Assembly: GCF_037042905.1 (NCBI RefSeq)
Contig: NC_087246.1
Coordinates: 4,156,001-4,216,000, forward strand
Reading direction: 5' to 3'
Source of the DNA: Lytechinus pictus
Taxonomy: Eukaryota
Length of the DNA stretch: 60,000 bases
How positions within the stretch are numbered: the stretch's first letter is position 1; the number at the start of each line of letters is the position of its first letter. Of this stretch, positions 15,501-24,500 are shown piece by piece. The position numbers and the translations under genes are program-made. Under the pieces are notes generated by a model. It saw only the letters and a list, made by a program, of their open reading frames with translations, was not told the DNA's origin and did not search any database.

Positions 15501-18500
15501 AGAAATAAAAAAAATCAAGAAAGAAAAATTAAGAATTAAGGGAAGGAAGAAAAAGAAAAAGGGAGAAAAATAAAATCAATGATTAAAAAAAATGAAAAGC
15601 ATATATAAAACGAAAGAATTAAAGAAAAAATAAGGAAGAAAAAAAAAAGATTACAAATAAATGAAGGAAGAAAGAAAGAAAAAAAAAGGAAAAAGAAAGG
15701 AAAGGAAAGGAAGAGAAAAGGGGGAAAGCAGTAATAAAGACTCAGTAAAGAAAAAAAGAAAGAGATAAAACGAAAAGGGAAAATAAAAAGGAAGAAAGAT
15801 GAAGTATAAATGAAACAAAGCAAAAGAAAAAAAAATGAAAGATTCAAACAGAATAAAACAAAAGATATAATTGAAGAATGAAAGAAAAGAAGAAAGACAG
15901 ACAGATAGAAAGGAAGAAAAATAGAAAATAAATAAAAGAAAAGAAAGAAGGGATAGAAAAGAAGAGACGGGCAAAATAAAGGGTGAATTAAAGAAAGGGT
16001 GGGAGGAATACTTGTGGGTATTTGTTACTACTAGTGGCCATCGATTTTGAGCAAGAAAGAACGCATACATCGTGAGATGTGATTACCCTCTAGCTATCTT
16101 AAATATTATCTTAAATATCGTGAAAGATAAGAAAGAAAAAAGATAAGAACGTTTTCAGAATACCACTTATCTTCATTTTGTTCTTATCTTTTTAGCGCGC
16201 TTTTGTATTATGTGCGCGAGTAGTAAATTCAGCATAGGATGGAAAGCAAGATAAGAAAAAGATAAGAACAAAAGATAAGAAAAAGATAAGAACGTTTTCA
16301 GAATACCAATTTGAGATCATGACGTAGATAAGAACAAAATTAAGATAAGAACGTTTTCAGAATACCGCCCCAGGTGGTTGTTTCATAAAGCTGTTCATAA
16401 GTTAAGAGCGACTGGTGATCCTTTTTTGTGGTATGGTAAATTCATTGGCGATGGTTAAGTGCATGATAAATGTTTACCAGTCATTCTTAAATTTGCTCTT
16501 AACTTACGAGCAGCTTTATAAAACGGCTCCCAGATTTCATTGTTCTGTGATTTAACTTACCCAATATAGAGAAGATGAGCATGAAATAGCCTAGTAAGAA
16601 CAACATCTCAATGATAGGAGGTGATGACTGGATGATTTGACGTAGAACTCTACACACCAAGAAAAACAATATGTTTTATGTAAAGTTGTAAACATAGAGT
16701 GTAAAACACAGAAAAGAATGATTCACCAAGGTTTGGTGTGTTTCTTGCAAAGTGGTTGATAATTGAATATCATGTTTGAAATAGAATACGGTAAATACAA
16801 TGATGACAGAAATGATTTCAATATAGATCATTATAAATTCAATAAGCTTCCCCACACCAAAATGTTGCCATATCAACTGTCATATTCACGCCACATTTCC
16901 ATGTATCATGTCATCTTGCAAGTAATATATTAACTTGAAATCAAAACTACATTAAAATTATCAAATATGCAATTCAAATTGGTAAAACAATAAATAAAAA
17001 AAAGTAGATATGAAGTGCAATTAAAGTTTATCTCTAAGAGAATGCTATTTGAAAATAAGGGCAACTGAAACCCAATTCCTAAATAATACAGAAGAGGCTT
17101 TTAAACAACAATTATCATCCTTTATGGATGACATGTAATGCTCACAAATTTTCTTCCAAGAACTGATCTTTTTTCTAGCAGTGAATCTCACCTTCTGACT
17201 CCTCCACAGTAATGGCAGTCAATGAGAAAGATTGGTCTTAATGCTCTGGTAACTCTGAAATGAGATTGCTGTCTTACTATCACTACCAAGGCTTCACTAT
17301 ACATTACTAATAGAAATATAGCCTGTTATGAAACAAACGAGAATAAAAAATATCATTCAATTATATGTAAAGAGATATTCAATTATAGAAAATAATGATC
17401 ATAATGAATACATATTTAACTTGCACACAATCCAAAATCCAGTCATATCAGTGTGCATGTTATGTTTGATGTTTGAGTTTGTTTTCAATTTAGAATAATG
17501 CATTTGTACTGAATGACAAAAAGACTGAATAAAATTCAATGAACTTAATAGTTACTGTGAGAGTAGATGAAAACAAAAATCAACTTCCTTGAAATATGAA
17601 TCATGGACAACCTACGTTCTGCAATCAAATTGACAGACTTTGTGTATGAAGTTCAAATATAAACCTTAAAACATATGCCTGTATATAAAGTACAACTTAA
17701 AATAATGACTTCCAGAAAATTGTGCAGAAACTGTGATCAAATGGATAAACGACATACAATACCAATAAAATCTTTAAATAGGGGCCTGTATTAGGGGAAT
17801 CAAACACAGCCAATCAGACGGACAGGATGAATATATGTTTATGAATTAAAGATACTTTACCTTAAGTAATGTTCTTTTATGTTTGGCAAAAGACTTTAAA
17901 CCCATCCATCTCATTTTAAGACCAAGACCAAGTGCTATAATTGTCAGTCCAAAGAGTTCCAAAGATGCATGGATCTATTAAAAAAAGATGGATGCAATAA
18001 TATGAACATAAAGTATACAATTATTAGGGAGAAGGACAAAGGGTGGAAAGAGTTTCATATTTAGTCTTGTATCGAATCTACAACATAATTAAAAATCAAA
18101 GTGTAAAGTGACCAGTATGTGATGTATAAAGTTATACATTTGGAAAATAAAAAGTATCTGTAATGCTACATGTGTGCTGGCGAATGGATTTCAAATATTA
18201 TAAAGAATAGGCCTGTTGAGATCCCAAATTGTTTTGTAGTTAATATCAACAACAAAAGTGCAGCCATGGACCATAGCTATTAACACTTCTCAATTTCTGC
18301 AACTGCTACTCCAGGCAATGAAAGACAAATATGGATAACGTAAGCCAAGCAAAAGATGGGAGACCGTGGAGGCTGCCGGCATGTTGATCTAGCCACTAAG
18401 CCCTGGGATCAGTAAGAGACTTTGAGTGCGGACCCTCGCCGCCATCGCTGCCGACGCCTCGAAATAAGATAATTAGAAAAAACAATACCCAGTGGTACAA

Positions 18501-21500
18501 AGCCGGTGGATGCGTGGATGGTGGTGTGAGTGTGGGTATGTGTAAACAGTTGGACATGTTGACAGAGAAGGTGTTGTGATAGAGTTGTGATAGAGTGGGC
18601 TAAATACTTGCTCTTATTTTGACAAATCTTGATCTCACAAGGGAGAGACTGTACTAAAACTTACCAAACAAGAGACAGCACCAAAATCAAGCTATTTTGG
18701 TCAAAATGTATGGAATATTCTTTGTATTATCCCACAATAGTCCTTTAATTCCAATATACCCAATTGTGTCAAAAACTATTCAAACCCAAAGAGCAATCAA
18801 ATTCAAATTCTATCATTTCAATTAAATAAACAAAAACAAAGGAGTTTAACATCCAAACAAATTTTATCAATTTTGTATGCTGCTTGGAAGCTCAATAAAT
18901 ATTTAACTCATAGAATGAAGCACTGTCATTAAAATTTTCTCCGTTAAGTATCATATAATAAAATGGTATTTTTTATGGGGATACTAATGACAATAAGAGC
19001 CTGGCACAATGTCGCAGTTCAAATACTGCAATTGTGTACATCATTCATCAATCGTGTCAAAGTGCAATTTGTATTAAAGAATTTGTGCTCCATTGCACTT
19101 TGTTTACAGGCAACACATACTCTCTATTGTGTTAGGTATAGGGAAGGCGTTTACCAATTCAAATATACTATGTCAGCTGGAATAAGAATTATCTGCTGCA
19201 TATCACGAATTCAATATTCCAAGTATATTGATGTCACTTGGTATAAAGAAATCAAGCTAAATAGGTTCAGAAATGGCAATAACACTATAAAAGAAACAAA
19301 CACTGAGGTACTGTTTAAGTTTACCGATTGAACAGTCACAAATACAAGTAATTGTGTTTTATATGGTACATGAATTGTGCACGGCTGTATAGAAAACAGT
19401 CTGAAGTGACCGTAAGATACACATATAGCATAGAAAGTTAATGATAATTGCAATAAACGGAGTGAAAAGTCAACAACAATTGTGGGTGGATGGCCAGATA
19501 ACTTGAGGAACTATCATTCAAACTAGACAATAAGAGTCAGTTATATACATTTACTTTTCCTTTCACTTCACTATTCAACTGTACCATGAAAAAACACAGA
19601 GAAAGAGAGGGGGAGAGAAACAGAGAGAGAAAAAAAGGATGAAATAGGAAGGGGGTGGGGCAGGGATGAAGAACCAAGAAATACCAATGGCACATACTTT
19701 TGTATGCTATTAATGCTTGAATAAATAGCAGGTAACAAGAATTAACTTTAGAAAGTAAACATGCCAGCAACATAATTAAATCTAAATTTGAAACAGTATA
19801 CCAAAGAGACATAAAGAAAAAAAGTATATAGGGTGAGATATATAGTACGATCTGTGCAAGTTTTTGTAAACAAGTTGCCTCAAGGCCAAAGCCTGTTTGG
19901 ATGAATACACCTGCTTTCAAGCTATGGAGTGCAATTTGAAAGTGTCTTTTAACACAACACACTCCTCCGTTAAAACTAAGTGTTACTACGCCAAGGATTA
20001 TCACGGTAGCACCGTCATTAGAAATGAACATTTGATGACAGCACAGTTGAACGAGGATCCCATCGATTGCGGATTTTAGCCAATTGTTCACTGAATTTTA
20101 ATTTTCCATTAGACTGGGAGGACTTGAAAGAAGTGCTTAGGACTATTTGTTGGAGAGTCCTAGTTTCACTGTACTTTGTGGTGAAATGCCCCCAATCTCG
20201 ATAGTACATTTTTAAAGACTGAGTCCCCCCCCAGAAAAAAATCAAGAAAAAAGAAGATATTATTCATGTTTTCATGATCTTTAGATGAACAATGTCTAGC
20301 TAGCACAGCACACATGATTACACTCCTCTACAAATACGCAATAAAAAACGTTTTATTTACATTGGGGTTAAGAGTACAAAGACAAACCAGAAAAATAACA
20401 TGATGACCTCAACTTGACACATATCATTTGTGAAAAACATAAAAGCTGTTTCAAAAAGCAAAGATAAATTTGCATTTTATGAACTTTAAAAACAAGTGTG
20501 CATATTAGAACTGAGACTTGGGACAGCAGCGTTAATTAAAAGATTGTTGAAAATATATGATGTATCCACTGTGCAATGTAAATGATCTACAATCTACAAA
20601 AAGCTTACTACAATCGAAGCATTTTTCTTGTGTTTCATTCTATTTTTCTGTTTTAAAATTTTGTAAATTTATTCATTTTCATTACAGCTGCATAGTATTA
20701 CCCCAGCTTTAGACAGCTTCATGAATAGCTTCCATTTTTCATAAAACATTATGAGGTGATTCACTGACAACTGAAAACAAACTTAAATGAGATAAACTTT
20801 TCAAGTTTAAAAACTACAGCAGAAAAATTGATTTAACTTTTGACAACAACAAGATATGTATGTGAACTTTTTCACAATCCAGTAATTCACAAAGGTTATA
20901 GTGTAAATGACAGCATACCCATTACAAAATTTGCATTCTGAAATTGGTGTAATAAAAAAAACATGGGTTATCATTCTTCAATAGCTTTCAAGAAAAATAC
21001 AAAATGAACATTTGCATTTAAATGAATTCATGAATAGACATAATTATCAAAAAAACTAAATTTGATGAAAAGAAAATGTGAGCATAACACTATTCAAATA
21101 TTATAATTGTTAAAAGCCTTAAGTTTGACATGTATCTTTACCAAATACTGTACATGCTCGTTTAGTGCAGTACATCGCAACAACTGTAGGCCTACCCCCG
21201 TCATTGGATCCTAACTTTCTCCACATTCTCTTTAGCAGAAAAAACACATCAATATTTCAATGAATGAAATACACACATACGTACACCCATACATACATAT
21301 ACATTATGTACCGGTTAGTCACTGTGAAAGTAGATACTAGGCCTTGTAGATACTTGCTGATGAAGGGTAATTTTAGTCAAGAGTGTTATCTTGACCTTTG
21401 CATCTATATTACATGACACCGTCCAAGGGATATCCTTTTCCTAAAATTAAAAGAATCTTATCTTCACATCAGCAATTCGGACAGACCAGTGATCATGCTA

Positions 21501-24500
21501 ACACATGGGTAGGTCTATATTATGCTTTAATACTGATGAAGTATTGCATCTTGGAATGAATTACAGACCAAGTAAGGCAATAATTGGATGGAATATATTA
21601 ATTTAATAATGATAATAGTTATTAACAATATTTGTATTGCGTTTATCACAAAACATGTCTCTCAAGTGTAATCAGCTGTTCACTATAAGTATTTTTTTCT
21701 CTACATTTCTTGCGATTTTTTTGTTTCTTTATGGTTTAATCATGGTTATGGTTTTTATGGTTTCGTTCTAGTTTCTACCTTGTTAAAGTTTATTTCTCTT
21801 TCTTTCTTTCTTTCTTTTCTTTCTTTCTTTCTTTCTTTCTTTCCTTCCTTCATTCCTTCTTTCATCTGTCTGTCTTACATTTATCATTTTATTTTTCTTT
21901 CTTTCTCTTTTTTTCATTACCTATTGTAGACAAGAGAAGCAAATTTCATCCTTCCCCCCCCCCCCCACAAAAAAAAAAAGAATTTTCGACTGAAAACCTA
22001 AAATCATAACTTGATGAAGGGATTTCAAAACTGGCCAGAAATGGCAGCATAGGTTAAGTAATTGTGATGTACAGTTGGGCAAGTCTTCCATTTGATCCAA
22101 AATAATTAAAATGTTATCATTTTCAAAAGTTTTACCAAGAATGTGATTTTTCTTTTAAGAGAGCAATCAGAGCATGTACATTATGCTATCTATGCGCAGA
22201 GGGAAATAAGGTCACTGGAAACCCCTTTTTTTCAATATAGTGAAATATAGTGTTAAAAACATATACCGTGTATTTGGGTTGGACTAGATCCACAGTCATA
22301 AAAAACCTTTCAGCAGTAAATATGACAGGGATATATATATACACTTACAATCGGCTGGAGCTGTAGTGCATCAACAGCTGGCTCTTCAACCAACGCAAGA
22401 AGTAGCACCAACATGGCTGCTGCTAAGTCCATGATGTAAAAGTAAAAGTTATGGACCATGACATAGGCTGGGAGTGCATCTTGGTTCCTTGGATGGGTGT
22501 CAAATCGGTCATTATTCTCCCCCTCCTGAAGATAAATGGCTGCCTCTCTGTAGTTGAGCTCCCAGTCTTGGGAGGTTCCAATGGCAGGCACAGAGAGTGA
22601 AGAGGTCTGTCTGGAGACAAAACCTGGGCTGGTAGCAACAGAGTCATTGTTCAGATAGTCTGGAAATATAACGGGAAATAGTGCACATGTCCATTTGAAA
22701 TTACAATAATTGATTCTTGAACATTCAGAAATAAAATACTTACAGTGGATAGTGATAGTGAAAATAAATCTTTGTTTTTCAGTTATTCTTGAAATATCTT
22801 TATTACAATTTCAATAGATTATCATTATATCATCTCCCCTTTCTTAATGTGTTCCTTTCTTCTTATTTTTCTTGTGTATCCCTGTTTTCACATCATCCTA
22901 TCTATTTCCATCATTCTACTTAATAGCTCTTACTTCTTTTTCATTTTTTACCCATCCTTTCTTGTATTTTCCCATCATTTTCTCAATTTTCTGATGTATT
23001 TATTTTGCTTTTCATCTATTTCTTTTGTAGAAATCGTTGTATTGCCCTCAATATTACAATTTCTGAATGTGCACATTATTGATGCAACCAGCCCTTGCAC
23101 TGAGCCCTTTATTGTGAGGGTAAAGTACGTTTTTCATGGCACATGGAAACAGTCATGGAATTCAATTATTTTTTAAGTGTGCCTTGGCAATTTCAGAAGG
23201 GCACCACAGCATTGAGAGGTACACTTTACATACTGTACTCAATATAAGAAAAAAAAGTAATTTAAACAGAAGCAATAAAGGAATATTCATATTATAACAG
23301 TAGGAAATTAATTAGTGGTCTGTATTATGAGAGATCCCCTCTTATGTTTGTATGAGTTTTTTTCTTTGTCTTTCATTTTCATATTTTCCCGATAATCTCC
23401 ATAAGCCCTTGTTCAATTTCTTTTGTCAAGGCCCTGTTAAACTTATTTTGGATCAGCAAGAATCAAGCAGAATCAGCTAGAATAAAAAAAATATAAACAA
23501 GTGGAACGCCTCTGGCAGTCTCGCCTGCATTACGTAATTCGAAATAGCAGCAGTGCTTCCTTTGAAAAAAAGATATTATGTCCATTGACCAAAAATGACC
23601 TTTGACCATGATCATGTGTCCTAAGGATTGTGCAAAACTATCATTCATACTTGATTACCCTTATGTCGATGTTTCATGAGCAAGTACCATAAACTCGTAA
23701 GTTATGATGCCATTTCAACACATACTCCCAACACGGCCAGAGTTCATTGACCTTTATGACCTTGGACCTTGGCCATGTTCCTGAAACACACACAGGGTAT
23801 TCAGGGATACACTGCTGCTCTTATGTCCAGGTTTCATGAACTAAATCCATAGACAATTCCACAAATACCCCCAACATTACCAAAGTTTGTTGACCCTAAA
23901 TGATTTCATGAGGCACACCCCCATCAAAAAATAATTTGAGTGCCCCCCCCCCCCCCCCCCGGGACCCACTCCTTGCCCTTTCTTGTAAAGCGCATGACCC
24001 ATGCGCAATTCGCGTTCGCCATTTTGGATTCGGCGATGAATTAATACAAATTTGGTACTGCGAACTGGCTTCAAATCACCGCTGTGTAGATGAATGCAAT
24101 AGAATCCCTGGCTTCGTGGAGAGTAAGCATACGTTAGTAAATGATTTTTACTCTCTAGAAGCCTCCTGGCTAACCAGACCGATCTCGTGTAGATCCCTCA
24201 ATCCATTTGTAAAAAATGCAAATACAATAGGCTTGACCCTTGAACCACTTCATTATGACGTACCTTCGACAAGCGATGTTACAAAATGCCGTTTGAAGAA
24301 CAATTTATAGATAAAAATTATTATTTAACAAATAATGAAATTTGAAACTTATTTATAAATAATTATTATGATTATCTATACTCACGTATTAAATTTTATT
24401 ATTTGTTAAATAATCATTTTTATCTATAAATTGTTCTTCAAAATGGCATTTTGTAGCCTCAAGGCTAGTGCGCAGCCACTCACATGTATTGCGAGGTTAG

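Noticed and set aside
14613..16070. Several Phe/Leu/Ser-rich - strand ORFs (65-139 aa) that look like membrane proteins
   Set aside because: Translations of the A/G-rich low-complexity transposon core; no homology or splice structure.
19537..20245. 184-aa - strand ORF and overlapping 60-aa + strand ORF in TPC1 intron 2
   Set aside because: Non-ATG starts, no recognisable family, and TPC1 exons 2 and 3 join correctly without them.
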